Origin: an uncultured Alphaproteobacteria bacterium
GTDB lineage: Bacteria; Pseudomonadota; Alphaproteobacteria; RF32; CAG-239
Assembly (NCBI GenBank): GCA_944390905.1
Contig: CALXRR010000001.1
Location: 1 to 62,280 of the forward strand
Direction: 5' to 3'
Length of the DNA: 62,280 nt
Shown: one piece after another, positions 7,473 through 17,204 of the stretch
How the letters are laid out: every line of letters starts with the position of its first letter
How positions within the stretch are numbered: the first letter of the stretch is position 1
Position numbers and translations under genes: made by a program
The notes under the pieces: generated by a model
Seen by the model: only the letters and a program-made list of their open reading frames with translations
The model's database searches: none
What the model was told of the DNA's origin: nothing

Positions 7473-9254
7473 ATGGAAAAAACACCGCTAAAATTTCTGT
7501 GGCATTACATTAAAATTTTCAAATGGTTTTTTCTGGCGATGTTTGTGCTGTTAGCAATCGCGACAATCTGCGGGCAGCTATACCCTTTGTATTTGGCCAA
7601 AATTTATGATACTGCCGCCGGCAAGGTCGAATCGCCAACTTATTGGCAGGATATTTGGCGCTTTGCAATTATCGGCTTTGGGCTGGGCTTGGCGAAGGTT
7701 TTGTTGTTTGATGCAACTTTCTTTTTGGCGGCAAAGTTCTTTCCTGAGGCGAAAACTCTTGTGTCGCAAGATACTTTTGACCATGTAAACAGCTTGTCTA
7801 TCCGCTATTTTAATGAGGAGATGTCAGGTAGAATCGCCACCAAAGTCAACCAGCTGCAGAAAAATATTATTATGGTGTTTAATGAGATGATGCATTCGGT
7901 ATCATCTTTATTATTCCTTGGCTTTGCGGTGTTTATTATCAGCATGATGAACTTTTATTTTATGGTGGCGATGCTGGTATGGATGGCAATGATTGTGGCG
8001 GTGGCATATGTTTTGGGAAGTAAGCGCAGAGCTCTTGCTCAAGAAGTAGGCAAGCAAGAGAGTATGGTCGGCGGAATGATTGTCGACAGTCTGTCAAATT
8101 ATAGCGAAGTAAAGAGTTTTGCCAATTTTCATCTTGAAAAGCTGAACCTGCTTAAACATCTGAGAGGGCTGCGCAAAGCCGAGAGCAAAGAGCAACTGAT
8201 TAAAGCTTATATTCATTTGGCGTTGAATTTGGTGGCGGTGTTATCAATGCTCGGGTTTATGTTTTTGGCGATTTGGGTGTTCAAAAACAAATGGATTGAT
8301 ACCACGCAATTTATTTATGCCAACACGTTGTTTGCTATGTTGGCAACGATTGTGTTTGACCTGACATGGCTGTACAACAACCTTTCAAGCGTAATGGGAA
8401 ATATTCGCTCTGCCTTGGAAACGCTTTCCGTTGAGCCGGAGATTAAAGATTCATACAAGGCTAAGCCTCTGCAAACCGACAAGGCGGAGGTTGTGTTTGA
8501 CAAAGTACGCTTTGCTTATGCCGGCAAAAATCCGATTTTTAATGACTTGTCTCTGACAATCAAAGCCGGTGAGAAAGTCGGCTTGGTCGGTTCATCAGGT
8601 GCTGGAAAGTCTACTTTTGTTAAGTTAATATCGCGCTATTATGATGTGGACGGCGGAGCCATAAAAATCAACGGGATTGATATTAAAGACATAACCCAAA
8701 ATTCTTTACGCAAAAATATTGCCGTGATTCCGCAAGATATAAGCTTGTTTAATCGCTCCTTGGCGGACAATATTCGCTATGGGCGACCCAACGCATCTGA
8801 TGATGAAGTAAAAGAGGCCGCGGCAAAAGCTTCTGCCGCTTTGTTTATTGATAAAATGCCGCAAGGATACGAAACCATTGTCGGAGAGAGAGGCGTGGTG
8901 CTTTCCGGCGGAGAAAGACAGAGAATCGCCATTGCCCGCGCAATTTTGAAAAATGCACCGATTTTGATTTTTGATGAGGCGACATCAGCCCTTGACAGCA
9001 GCAGCGAAAGGCATATTCAGGAATCGCTCAAGCAATTGATGCAAAACAAAACCGTAATCGCCATTGCCCACCGCTTGTCTACCCTAAAAGAAATGGATAG
9101 AATACTGGTGTTTGACGATGGCAAAATTATTGAGCAGGGAACGCACGAAACCTTGTTGCGCCGCAAAGGAGTTTATTATAAACTATATAATATGCAGGCT
9201 GACGGGTTTATGCATAGCGGAAATACGCCATCGTCCAATCAAACTACTTTGTGA
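7473..9254 (+). CDS. ABC exporter, fused permease/ATPase (MsbA-like type I exporter)
   Basis: N-terminal six-TM-type hydrophobic half. Walker A GSSGAGKST, signature LSGGERQR, Walker B ILIFDEATSALD. Confidence 0.9.
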   Translation: MEKTPLKFLWHYIKIFKWFFLAMFVLLAIATICGQLYPLYLAKIYDTAAGKVESPTYWQDIWRFAIIGFGLGLAKVLLFDATFFLAAKFFPEAKTLVSQDTFDHVNSLSIRYFNEEMSGRIATKVNQLQKNIIMVFNEMMHSVSSLLFLGFAVFIISMMNFYFMVAMLVWMAMIVAVAYVLGSKRRALAQEVGKQESMVGGMIVDSLSNYSEVKSFANFHLEKLNLLKHLRGLRKAESKEQLIKAYIHLALNLVAVLSMLGFMFLAIWVFKNKWIDTTQFIYANTLFAMLATIVFDLTWLYNNLSSVMGNIRSALETLSVEPEIKDSYKAKPLQTDKAEVVFDKVRFAYAGKNPIFNDLSLTIKAGEKVGLVGSSGAGKSTFVKLISRYYDVDGGAIKINGIDIKDITQNSLRKNIAVIPQDISLFNRSLADNIRYGRPNASDDEVKEAAAKASAALFIDKMPQGYETIVGERGVVLSGGERQRIAIARAILKNAPILIFDEATSALDSSSERHIQESLKQLMQNKTVIAIAHRLSTLKEMDRILVFDDGKIIEQGTHETLLRRKGVYYKLYNMQADGFMHSGNTPSSNQTTL

Positions 9255-9281
9255 CAATTTTGAACTTATAAGGAGTAGTCC

Positions 9282-10781
9282 ATGCTGACATTAAAGCACC
9301 TGAAAATTAATTCTTTTAATGAAAATTTGGCTTATATGCATCGGGACTGCATAGCTTATAAAATAGATGATATTAATGCCTTGGTCAAAATCGAGGTGCA
9401 TGGCGGAATGCGAACAATCTATGCTTTTTTGCAGATTGTTGATGATGACAAAGTGGTAAAACCCGACGAATTAGCACTCAATACCGAGGCTTTTGCCCAA
9501 ATCGGGCTGCCGGAAGGGGCTAAAGTATCCATTACCCTATCAGCTCCGCCGCCAAGCCTGACCTCTATCAAACGCAAAATTGCCGGAAACATCTTAAGCG
9601 CCAGCGAATATAGTGCAATTATTGATGATATCACCAAAAAGCGTTACTCAAATATGGAAATTGCGGCGTTTTTGGTGGCGTCAGGCTCGTTTATGTCTTC
9701 ACCGGAAGTATTGTCTTTGACCGAGGCGATGATTGGCGAGCATACTCTTGATTGGAGCGGAAAAGATATGGTGGTAGACCACCATTGTTTGGGCGGCGTA
9801 CCGGGGAACAAAACTGATATTATCATTACCGCGATTGCGGCAGCTTATGGTTTGACTATGCCTAAAACCGCATCGCACTCCTTGACATCTTGCGCGGGCG
9901 TAGCAGACACGATGGGGGTGTTGACCAATGTGGATATTGATGAAAAAAAGCTGCGCCTCCTGATTGAAAAAAATAATGCCGCAATTGCAAGTTATGATGC
10001 CTTGGATATTGCGCAGGCAAGCAAGATTATCAGCGCTGTTGAACGACAAATCGGCTTTGCACAGCATGAGCATATTATCGCCTCAATCTTAGCGATAAAA
10101 ATGGCAGCAGGAGTGACGCATTTGTTGATTGATATTCCGGTGGGGCCGCGTTCCAGAATCAAAAGCTCTGCCGAGGCTATGCGCATCAGAAAACTGATGG
10201 AGTTTGTCGGGGATATGCTGTCTTTGGAGATTGATACGGTTATTACCGACGGAAGCGAGCCAATAGGCAACGGCGTTGGTGCCGTGTTGGAGGCGCGCGA
10301 CGTGATGAAAGTGCTTAAAAATGCTCCGGACGCACCGCAAGACCTGAAAGAAAAATCGTTGTTCTTGGCCGGACGAATCCTTGAGTTTGACCCCAAATTA
10401 CGCGGTGGACAAGGATATAATGTGGCGGCAGACATTTTAAATTCGGGTCAAGCTCTGGAAATGATGAATAGAATAATTATATCTCAAGGGAAAGCCCCTC
10501 AACCTCAGTTGGGAAAGCTGACCAGAGATATTATTGCCAATTCTTCGGGGGTGGTTGATGCCATTGATAATGCCAGAATTACAAAAATAGGCGTTTTGGC
10601 AGGAGCCGCTCAACATCCGGGTGCTGGTATTGATTTGTTCAAAAAAGTCGGTGATTCGGTTACTCAAGGTGAAGTGTTATACCGAATCCATGCTTGTAAT
10701 TCTTCTGATTTTGCTTTTGCCAATTCGGTGGTCGATGCTTATACGGGCTACGAAATTGCTACTTTTGACGAAGAAGGTTAA
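9282..10781 (+). CDS. Thymidine phosphorylase family protein, type 2 (long N-terminal form related to archaeal AMP phosphorylase)
   Basis: N-terminus ...NLAYMHRDC... as in the 'putative thymidine phosphorylase' family. Glycosyl-transferase-3 core (DHHCLGGVPGNKT, TSCAGVADTM). About 500 aa. Confidence 0.8.
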   Translation: MLTLKHLKINSFNENLAYMHRDCIAYKIDDINALVKIEVHGGMRTIYAFLQIVDDDKVVKPDELALNTEAFAQIGLPEGAKVSITLSAPPPSLTSIKRKIAGNILSASEYSAIIDDITKKRYSNMEIAAFLVASGSFMSSPEVLSLTEAMIGEHTLDWSGKDMVVDHHCLGGVPGNKTDIIITAIAAAYGLTMPKTASHSLTSCAGVADTMGVLTNVDIDEKKLRLLIEKNNAAIASYDALDIAQASKIISAVERQIGFAQHEHIIASILAIKMAAGVTHLLIDIPVGPRSRIKSSAEAMRIRKLMEFVGDMLSLEIDTVITDGSEPIGNGVGAVLEARDVMKVLKNAPDAPQDLKEKSLFLAGRILEFDPKLRGGQGYNVAADILNSGQALEMMNRIIISQGKAPQPQLGKLTRDIIANSSGVVDAIDNARITKIGVLAGAAQHPGAGIDLFKKVGDSVTQGEVLYRIHACNSSDFAFANSVVDAYTGYEIATFDEEG

Positions 10782-10787
10782 TACTAT

Positions 10788-11741
10788 ATGGATAAAATCA
10801 GAATTGCTGTTATCGGGGTCGGCGACAGAGGCCTCGAGCACTTGGACTGTCTGTTGTCTAAATTCAAAAATGAGGTAACTATCTCTGGAATCTTATGCTC
10901 GACACCGGAATCTACTCAAGAAAAAGCTATGGATTTAAGGCTACATCCTTTTGCTTCTTTTGAGGAAATTTCAAAGGATAATACCGATGCCGTAATTATT
11001 GCTACCAAATCTAACAAACATACTCTATTTGGGCGGATGATGCTGCAAAAAGGTTTGCCGGTATTAATTGAAAAGCCTTTTACCACCAATCTGACCGAGG
11101 CTAAAGATTTGACTTTGCTAGCTAAGCAAAAAAATACTTTTGCCATGGTGGGGCATGCCGAGCATTTTAATCCGGCTTATCAAGAGTTATGCCGGCAGGC
11201 TGTCTTTCCGTTTCGGGATTTGAAGACATATCGCTTAACCAAAGAAACTCCTCAAAAATATGATGCCAGCGTGGTGTTGGATTTGATGATTAATGAGCTT
11301 GGTATGATGCCGGTGATTGCCCCGAAGAAAAAACCCAAAATCCGTACCAAAGTTATGCGCCGTAACCACTGGCAAGATGAATTGTTTGTCGGGTTGTTGT
11401 TTAATACAGGTTGCGAGGCGGACTTGTTGGCTTGTCGACGTGCTAAAAAAGAAAAACAGCTAATGATGCTTAAAGACAGGCGATGCGACTATTGGCAAGT
11501 AGACTTTAGCAATAATACTTTGATTAAAAATGATGTTGTGGTGTTTCAGGACCAAGAAAATTCGGCCCTAAAAAACGAGCTGAGCAACTTTATTAACTCC
11601 GTACGCGGAATTGAAAAGCCGCAGACTGATGCCGAATATGCGCTTAAAGCGATGAGAATGGCGTTCAAAATCGAGGATTATAGCAGAAAAGAAGAATTAC
11701 GGATGAACAAAAATCACAAATTTCTGGTCACTTCTTTGTGA
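10788..11741 (+). CDS. Gfo/Idh/MocA-family NAD(P)-dependent oxidoreductase
   Basis: N-terminal Rossmann motif IRIAVIGVGDRG and the EKP motif (VLIEKPF). Confidence 0.7.
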   Translation: MDKIRIAVIGVGDRGLEHLDCLLSKFKNEVTISGILCSTPESTQEKAMDLRLHPFASFEEISKDNTDAVIIATKSNKHTLFGRMMLQKGLPVLIEKPFTTNLTEAKDLTLLAKQKNTFAMVGHAEHFNPAYQELCRQAVFPFRDLKTYRLTKETPQKYDASVVLDLMINELGMMPVIAPKKKPKIRTKVMRRNHWQDELFVGLLFNTGCEADLLACRRAKKEKQLMMLKDRRCDYWQVDFSNNTLIKNDVVVFQDQENSALKNELSNFINSVRGIEKPQTDAEYALKAMRMAFKIEDYSRKEELRMNKNHKFLVTSL

Positions 11742-11777
11742 TTTTTTTAGTTTTTTATAAAAAAATTGTTCCATACT

Positions 11778-11806
11778 CTTGCGGCGGTGATATATGCTCC
11801 TTATAT
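11778..11806 (+). promoter_or_regulatory. RpoH (sigma-32)-type heat-shock promoter upstream of dnaK
   Basis: CTTG (11778-11781), a 17-nt spacer, then CCTTATAT (11799-11806). This fits the remembered alphaproteobacterial consensus CTTG-N17-CCTATAT. It lies about 55 nt before the ATG. Confidence 0.55.
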
Positions 11807-11859
11807 AACGTTAATAGAGAGAGTAAAAATTTCTAAACAAACATGAGGATGTAAAAAAA

Positions 11860-13767
11860 ATGAGCAAAATTCTTGGTATTGACTTGGGTACTACAAACTC
11901 TTGCTTTGCCGTTATGGATGGCAAAGACCCGAAAGTCTTGGAAAACAGCGAAGGCGCCAGAACAACTCCGTCCATGGTTGCTTTTACTGATACTGAGCGT
12001 TTGGTCGGTGCTGCGGCTAAGCGTCAGGCTGTTACAAATCCGGAAAACACTTTGTTTGCAATCAAACGTTTAATCGGACGTCGTTTTAATTCTCCGGAAG
12101 TGGAAAAAGACAAGAAACTGGTTCCGTTCAAAATTATTGAAGGTGAAAACGGTGATGCTTGGGTTGAAGCAAAAAACCAAAAGTATGCTCCGTCACAAAT
12201 CTCGGCTTTTGTTTTGCAAAAACTCAAAGAATATGCCGAAGCTTATCTTGGTGAAAAAATCGAAAAAGCGGTTATTACCGTTCCGGCTTACTTTAATGAC
12301 TCTCAACGTCAGGCTACTAAAGATGCCGGTAAAATCGCCGGACTCGATGTTTTGCGTATTATCAACGAGCCGACTGCTGCCGCTTTGGCTTATGGTATGG
12401 ACAAGAAGACTTCAGGCACAATCGCTGTTTATGACTTGGGTGGCGGTACATTTGATATTTCAATCTTGGAAATCGGCGACGGCGTATTTGAAGTAAAATC
12501 AACCAACGGTGATACCTTCCTCGGTGGTGAAGACTTCGACCAGCGCTTGGTAAACTACTTGACCGATGAGTTCAAGAAAGAAACCGGTATCGACCTTAAA
12601 AATGACCGCTTGGCTTTGCAACGTTTGAAAGAAGCTGCCGAAAAAGCTAAAATTGAGTTGTCTTCAGCTACGCAGACCGAAATCAATCTGCCGTTTATTA
12701 CCGCTGATGCTACCGGCCCGAAACACTTGAACATGAAACTCACCAGAGCTAAGTTTGAATCTTTGGTTGATGACTTGATTGAAAAAACGGCTGAGCCTTG
12801 CCGTAAGGCTTTGGCTGATGCAGGCCTTAAAGCTAATGAAATCAGCGAGGTTATTTTGGTCGGCGGTATGACCCGTATGCCGAAAGTACAAGAAAAAGTT
12901 AAAGAAATCTTCGGTAAAGAACCGCACAAAGGTGTTAACCCTGATGAAGTTGTGGCTATGGGTGCTGCTATTCAAGGCGGTGTTTTGGTCGGCGATGTTA
13001 AAGATGTTTTGCTCTTGGATGTTACCCCGTTGTCTTTGGGTATCGAAACCTTGGGCGGCGTATTTACACGTTTGATTGACCGTAACACCACTATTCCGAC
13101 ACGCAAGTCTCAGGTATTCTCTACGGCTGAAGACGGTCAGACAGCGGTTACTATTCGCGTATTCCAAGGTGAACGTGAAATGGCTGCCGACAACAAGCTG
13201 CTCGGCCAGTTCGATTTGGTTGGTATTCCGCCTGCTCCGCGTGGTATGCCGCAGATTGAGGTTACATTCGATATTGATGCCAACGGTATCGTAAATGTAT
13301 CGGCTAAGGATAAAGCCACCAACAAAGAGCAAGCTATCAGAATTCAGGCCAGCGGCGGTTTGTCTGATGCTGATATTGAAAAGATGGTTAAAGATGCTGA
13401 GATTAATGCCGAGGCTGATAAGCGCAAGAAAGAGTTGGTTGAAGCCAAAAACCAAGCTGAGAGTTTGGTCAACTCTACTGAAAAAACGCTTAAAGAGCAT
13501 GGTGATAAAATCTCTCCGGCTGAAAAATCTGCCATTGAGACTTCTATTGGCGAGCTGAAGACGGCTATTGAGGCTGAGGATTTGACCGTAATTAAGGAAA
13601 AGACCGAAGCTTTGATGCAGGCTTCTATGAAGCTGGGTGAAGCTATGTATAAAGCTCAGCAGGCTCAGGCTCAACAAGGCGCAGCTCAAGGGCCTGATGC
13701 AGGTGCCGAGGCTGAACAGCCGAAAGATGAAAAAGTAGTTGATGCTGACTTTGAAGAAGTTAAGTAG
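11860..13767 (+). CDS. dnaK: Molecular chaperone DnaK (Hsp70)
   Basis: [17 protein letters not shown], full-length Hsp70 with acidic C-terminus. Confidence 0.98.
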   Translation: MSKILGIDLGTTNSCFAVMDGKDPKVLENSEGARTTPSMVAFTDTERLVGAAAKRQAVTNPENTLFAIKRLIGRRFNSPEVEKDKKLVPFKIIEGENGDAWVEAKNQKYAPSQISAFVLQKLKEYAEAYLGEKIEKAVITVPAYFNDSQRQATKDAGKIAGLDVLRIINEPTAAALAYGMDKKTSGTIAVYDLGGGTFDISILEIGDGVFEVKSTNGDTFLGGEDFDQRLVNYLTDEFKKETGIDLKNDRLALQRLKEAAEKAKIELSSATQTEINLPFITADATGPKHLNMKLTRAKFESLVDDLIEKTAEPCRKALADAGLKANEISEVILVGGMTRMPKVQEKVKEIFGKEPHKGVNPDEVVAMGAAIQGGVLVGDVKDVLLLDVTPLSLGIETLGGVFTRLIDRNTTIPTRKSQVFSTAEDGQTAVTIRVFQGEREMAADNKLLGQFDLVGIPPAPRGMPQIEVTFDIDANGIVNVSAKDKATNKEQAIRIQASGGLSDADIEKMVKDAEINAEADKRKKELVEAKNQAESLVNSTEKTLKEHGDKISPAEKSAIETSIGELKTAIEAEDLTVIKEKTEALMQASMKLGEAMYKAQQAQAQQGAAQGPDAGAEAEQPKDEKVVDADFEEVK

Positions 13768-13790
13768 TCAATAGCTTAAAGCATAAGAAA

Positions 13791-13825
13791 AAGAGCTTAC
13801 CTAACAAAGGTAAGCTCTTTTTTTG
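13791..13825. terminator. Bidirectional rho-independent terminator between dnaK and the convergent HAD gene
   Basis: Stem aagagcttacc / ggtaagctctt, loop taacaaa, A-run before and T-run after. Confidence 0.8.
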
Positions 13826-13831
13826 GTGTTT

Positions 13832-14677
13832 TCAAAAATGGTCCAGAACATGGTCTGCAATGATTCCGCGGTGGTGCATATATTCACCCATAGAATCTAT
13901 TGAGGTCGGCTCCATGTCATAGCGGCTTACACCGGTGTTGACTAAGGCTGTCTTGATGCCGGCGTTAATTCCGCCCAAAATATCGGTTTCCAGCGCGTCA
14001 CCGACCATCAGAATTTGCTCTTGCGGGGCATCAATATCTCGCAAGGCTAAATTAAACAATCGCTTATCAGGCTTGCCAAAGTATTCAACCTTGCCTCCGT
14101 GGCTCTTAATGTATTCGGCGATGCTGCCGGCGCGCAGAACCATTTGCGTATGCCCGCAAGTATGGCTTTTGCGATCAGCGTTGACACAAATGCATGGCTT
14201 GCGTAAGGCTAGGATTTGATTGAGTTCGCCTTCAAAAGGAGAAAGTCCGTAGACCTCTTTCCAGTGGCCGCAACTGAACAAAAACGGGTTGCCGATATAC
14301 ACAAAATCAGCCGACACATGGCGCGGAACAAACGTATATTTGCTATCAGCAAACAAGCCCTCGTCCAGATGTCCGATAACTGAATATTTGAGCTTCTGGC
14401 TGTCGTGGCTGAAAATTTGGTGTGCCAAATCCCCAGAGGTTACAAAGCGATGATAATGTTTGCCTGCAAACAAGCCCTTATTTTTATAAATCTCGGCAAC
14501 TCGCGGGGAAAGTTGCGGATAATTTGATAAGATAATGACTGTTTTACCGGCTTTTACCAAATGCTGCAATGTATCCAACGCATTGGGATAAAAGCTGTTG
14601 CCGTCCCAGATTGTTCCGAACAAATCAATCAAAAAAACTTCATAATTCTGACTGATACTTAATAAATTTGTTTCCAT
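13832..14677 (-). CDS. HAD-superfamily hydrolase, subfamily IIA
   Basis: METNLL... start at 14677. FLIDLFGTIWDG motif I variant. GDALETD motif near the C-terminus. The ORF-track extension to 15187 runs antisense into dnaJ and is rejected. Confidence 0.8.
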   Translation of the reverse strand: METNLLSISQNYEVFLIDLFGTIWDGNSFYPNALDTLQHLVKAGKTVIILSNYPQLSPRVAEIYKNKGLFAGKHYHRFVTSGDLAHQIFSHDSQKLKYSVIGHLDEGLFADSKYTFVPRHVSADFVYIGNPFLFSCGHWKEVYGLSPFEGELNQILALRKPCICVNADRKSHTCGHTQMVLRAGSIAEYIKSHGGKVEYFGKPDKRLFNLALRDIDAPQEQILMVGDALETDILGGINAGIKTALVNTGVSRYDMEPTSIDSMGEYMHHRGIIADHVLDHF

Positions 14678-14776
14678 AATATATATTTTAATAATAAAAC
14701 CATGGGCTCGCTTGTAGCATAATATGTATAAAATGTCTAGTTTTTTATTAGATTTTGGATTTTTTGTGATTTTGGG

Positions 14777-14806
14777 CTTGCGTTTTAGCTCAAAACAACC
14801 TAAATA
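14777..14806 (+). promoter_or_regulatory. Possible RpoH-type promoter upstream of dnaJ
   Basis: CTTG (14777-14780), an 18-nt spacer, then CCTAAATA (14799-14806). A weaker match than the dnaK promoter. Confidence 0.3.
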
Positions 14807-14848
14807 AAGCCTAGGATTTGTTGAATCATTGGATAAAGATGTGACGTT

Positions 14849-15994
14849 ATGGCTACTGAAACCGACTATTATGAACTGCTGGAAGTGTCTAAAACCGCCA
14901 GCGGGGAAGAAATTAAAAAAGCTTATAGAAAATTGGCGATGAAATATCATCCGGACAGAAACCCCGGTGATAAAGAGGCTGAAAATAAATTCAAAGCTAT
15001 TAATCAGGCTTATGACGTGTTGAAAGACCCTCAAAAACGCGCCGCTTATGATAGGTATGGGCATCAGGCTTTTGCTAACGGCGGTATGGGCGGCGGAAAT
15101 CCATTCAATGGTTTTGACTTTAATTTCGGCGGCGGGTTCTCGGATATTTTCAGTGATATTTTCTCTGATTTTATGGGCGGCGGACAACGCAGCTCAGCTC
15201 AAAACTATGCGCAGGACGGCGCGGATTTGCGATATAATCTGGAGATTACGCTGGAAGAGGCATTCAGCGGCGTAGAAAAAGAAATTAAAATCCCGACTAC
15301 CGTGCCTTGTGAAGACTGCAACGGGCATGGCACCGCTGACGGAAAAGAGGCTCCGATTTGTCCGCATTGCAAAGGCAGAGGCAAAATCAGAACTCAACAC
15401 GGATTTATGATTATGGAGACAACCTGCCCCAATTGTCATGGTGAAGGGCGCGTGGTTAAAAATGCCTGCAAAAAGTGCCATGGCGAAGGGGTTATCCATA
15501 GCGAAAAAGTGCTTAAGGTTAAAATTCCGGCCGGCGTGGAAGATAATACCCGTATGAGGATTGCCGGTGAAGGACAAAGCGGTATCAGAGGCGGCGAAAA
15601 CGGCGATTTGTATGTGTTTATATCCGTCAAAGAGCATGAGTTGTTTATGCGCGACGGAGCTAACTTGTATGTAAAAGTGCCGATTTCGATGACTTGTGCA
15701 GCTTTGGGCGGAAAAATCGAAATTCCGGATATTAACGGTGAAAAGATTGAGGTTGAAGTGCCGGCCGGTACCCAGACCGACCAGCAAAAACGCTTGAGCG
15801 GACAAGGTATGACGGTTTTGCGCTCGGCCAAGCGCGGTGATTTGTTTGTGAAATTCAGAGTAGAAACCCCGACCAACCTGACCCAACGCCAGAAAGAGCT
15901 GCTGGAAGAGTTTCGTAATATCAGCAAAGATGAAAACTGCCAGCCCGAGGCTAAAAGTTTTTTTGATAAAATTAAAGACCTGTTTGCGGCTTAA
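14849..15994 (+). CDS. dnaJ: Molecular chaperone DnaJ
   Basis: J-domain with HPD, a G/F-rich region, and four CxxCxG zinc-finger repeats. Confidence 0.97.
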   Translation: MATETDYYELLEVSKTASGEEIKKAYRKLAMKYHPDRNPGDKEAENKFKAINQAYDVLKDPQKRAAYDRYGHQAFANGGMGGGNPFNGFDFNFGGGFSDIFSDIFSDFMGGGQRSSAQNYAQDGADLRYNLEITLEEAFSGVEKEIKIPTTVPCEDCNGHGTADGKEAPICPHCKGRGKIRTQHGFMIMETTCPNCHGEGRVVKNACKKCHGEGVIHSEKVLKVKIPAGVEDNTRMRIAGEGQSGIRGGENGDLYVFISVKEHELFMRDGANLYVKVPISMTCAALGGKIEIPDINGEKIEVEVPAGTQTDQQKRLSGQGMTVLRSAKRGDLFVKFRVETPTNLTQRQKELLEEFRNISKDENCQPEAKSFFDKIKDLFAA

Positions 15995-16000
15995 AGACAA

Positions 16001-16039
16001 TAAACCCCGAGAATACTTGAAAAGTTCTTCGGGGTTTAT
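16001..16039 (+). terminator. Terminator-like hairpin after dnaJ
   Basis: taaaccccga ... tcggggttta arms (10 bp) around a long loop, followed by a T-rich stretch. Confidence 0.5.
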
Positions 16040-16060
16040 TGTATGTATAACACTATCCTT

Positions 16061-16096
16061 GCCCCTGTTGAGAATCTAGAAAGCAAACACAGGACG
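16061..16096 (-). pseudogene. Relic of a DUF1566-family gene: last 6 codons plus stop (RPVFAF*) and 15-nt 3' flank only
   Basis: The minus strand reads cgt cct gtg ttt gct ttc tag followed by attctcaacaggggc. The 18-mer gcccctgttgagaatcta (16061-16078) is identical to 62048-62065, which is the stop plus flank of the 62063-62280 paralog. Confidence 0.7.
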
Positions 16097-16168
16097 GAAG
16101 CGGGTGCCGCTTCACCCACTAGGTTAGTTGTTACTTGTTCTGCGTTTTAATTAGTCGCGATGCTTGCA
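16096..16168. repeat. A-type composite repeat (H hairpin gaagcgg-gtg-ccgcttc plus about 55-nt tail), copy in 'forward' orientation
   Basis: 26/26 identity with 61972-61997. About 70% identity by eye to the reverse complement of 18011-18082 and 18310-18380. Confidence 0.75.
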
Positions 16169-16193
16169 TGGTGTCGGTGTTGAGTTCTTGACA

Positions 16194-16228
16194 CTGGATC
16201 CCCGGGACAAGCCCGAGGATGACAGTGC
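16194..16228. repeat. B-type hairpin repeat (..ggatccccgggacaagcccgaggatgacagtgc..)
   Basis: Imperfect 9-bp stem atccccggg / cccgaggat. Related copies are at 17697-17730 (inverted) and 18182-18223. It resembles the '...DPR.KPEDD...' pseudo-ORF palindromes I remember as common in alphaproteobacterial intergenic DNA. Confidence 0.6.
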
Positions 16229-16246
16229 CGGTAGAGGGATAAAAAC

Positions 16247-17200
16247 CTAGAAAGCCATGACCGGACGGACGGAGGTGCTGTAGTAGCTGGAGGCCTTATC
16301 GTTAGTGCCAATATCAAACAAATCCCCCGTAGTGGCGCCGAACTCCCACACGCGGTCACTGGAGTACTCAGATGAAGACCAAACGTTCTCATAATAATAA
16401 CTTCCATTGTTGTATACCTTTCCTAGGATTGTTCCTCCAGCAATGCAAATACCGGCATTGACTTTGGCAAAATTGGTGGAATTATTGATGTTATTTAATA
16501 AGCCACTTGAAGGTAGGCACCAGCTTTTACCGCTTGGGGTGCCTGTTGGTTTATAATTCTTAGCTACCCATGCCGCCGGATATTTTGAACTACTGCCATA
16601 TGCGGTAATAATATCAGTATTGGTACAGCTGGCTTGTATATCTGTCGGAGTTGAAGTATAGTTAGTAAGCCTCGGAATATCTTTAGATTCCGTAGACCAC
16701 ATGGTGCCTACGCCTACCTGAACCGGCTTAACCGCTATAATCCAGCCGTTTTGTCCAGCGGATTTTTCATAAATAACCACACCCAGCAGGGTTTTAGAGC
16801 TTAATCTATCTTGTGAGCAAGTGCCGTCACTGTAATACAAAGCACCGATGACGCAGTTCGCGGTGCCATCTTCACATTGTTGAGACGAATCGTTCCAGGC
16901 GTAACCGGATGCGCAGGTGCAGGAGGTATATTTACCATTACAAGCCTTACTGCCGCCACCGGTTTGGTTGGAGCCGGTGCAGGTGAGCGTAAAACCAAGG
17001 TCATTACAGATTTCTGACTCGGATTTGAAGCATGCCCATTTGTTGCCAAACGGGCATTTGACGCCAGAGCCGCCGGAGCAAGAGGTTTCGGTATAGCCTA
17101 AAGTTGCGCAGTCTTGAGTGGCGACGCACTGGGCAAAAGTTAAATTTGGGATTAAGGACAGAGATGTCCCGATAAGTAGAAAAAGTTTAGTATTAGTCAT
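16247..17200 (-). CDS. Secreted Cys-rich + DUF1566 family protein, paralog 3 (complete, 317 aa)
   Basis: Signal peptide, then AQCVATQDCATLGYTETSCSGGSGVKCPFGNKWAC. A further Cys-rich spacer, then the DUF1566-type domain (KYPAAW, SWCLPSSG, VWSSSEYS, VRPVMAF-stop). Confidence 0.85.
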   Translation of the reverse strand: MTNTKLFLLIGTSLSLIPNLTFAQCVATQDCATLGYTETSCSGGSGVKCPFGNKWACFKSESEICNDLGFTLTCTGSNQTGGGSKACNGKYTSCTCASGYAWNDSSQQCEDGTANCVIGALYYSDGTCSQDRLSSKTLLGVVIYEKSAGQNGWIIAVKPVQVGVGTMWSTESKDIPRLTNYTSTPTDIQASCTNTDIITAYGSSSKYPAAWVAKNYKPTGTPSGKSWCLPSSGLLNNINNSTNFAKVNAGICIAGGTILGKVYNNGSYYYENVWSSSEYSSDRVWEFGATTGDLFDIGTNDKASSYYSTSVRPVMAF

Positions 17201-17204
17201 TTCA

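Noticed and set aside
12664-13689. 341-codon ORF antisense to dnaK, with shorter ones at 12555-12929 and 13344-13535.
   Set aside because: It lies entirely inside the unmistakable dnaK reading frame and has low-complexity, repeat-like composition. It is a classic shadow ORF of hsp70 genes.
14678-15187. N-terminal 170-codon extension of the HAD hydrolase ORF (ORF track 13832-15187).
   Set aside because: The extension runs antisense through the dnaJ J-domain. The HAD homology begins at METNLL (ATG 14677).
15194-16000. 268-codon ORF antisense to dnaJ, and the 15436-15927 ORF.
   Set aside because: It sits inside the well-supported dnaJ frame and has no motifs. It is a shadow ORF.
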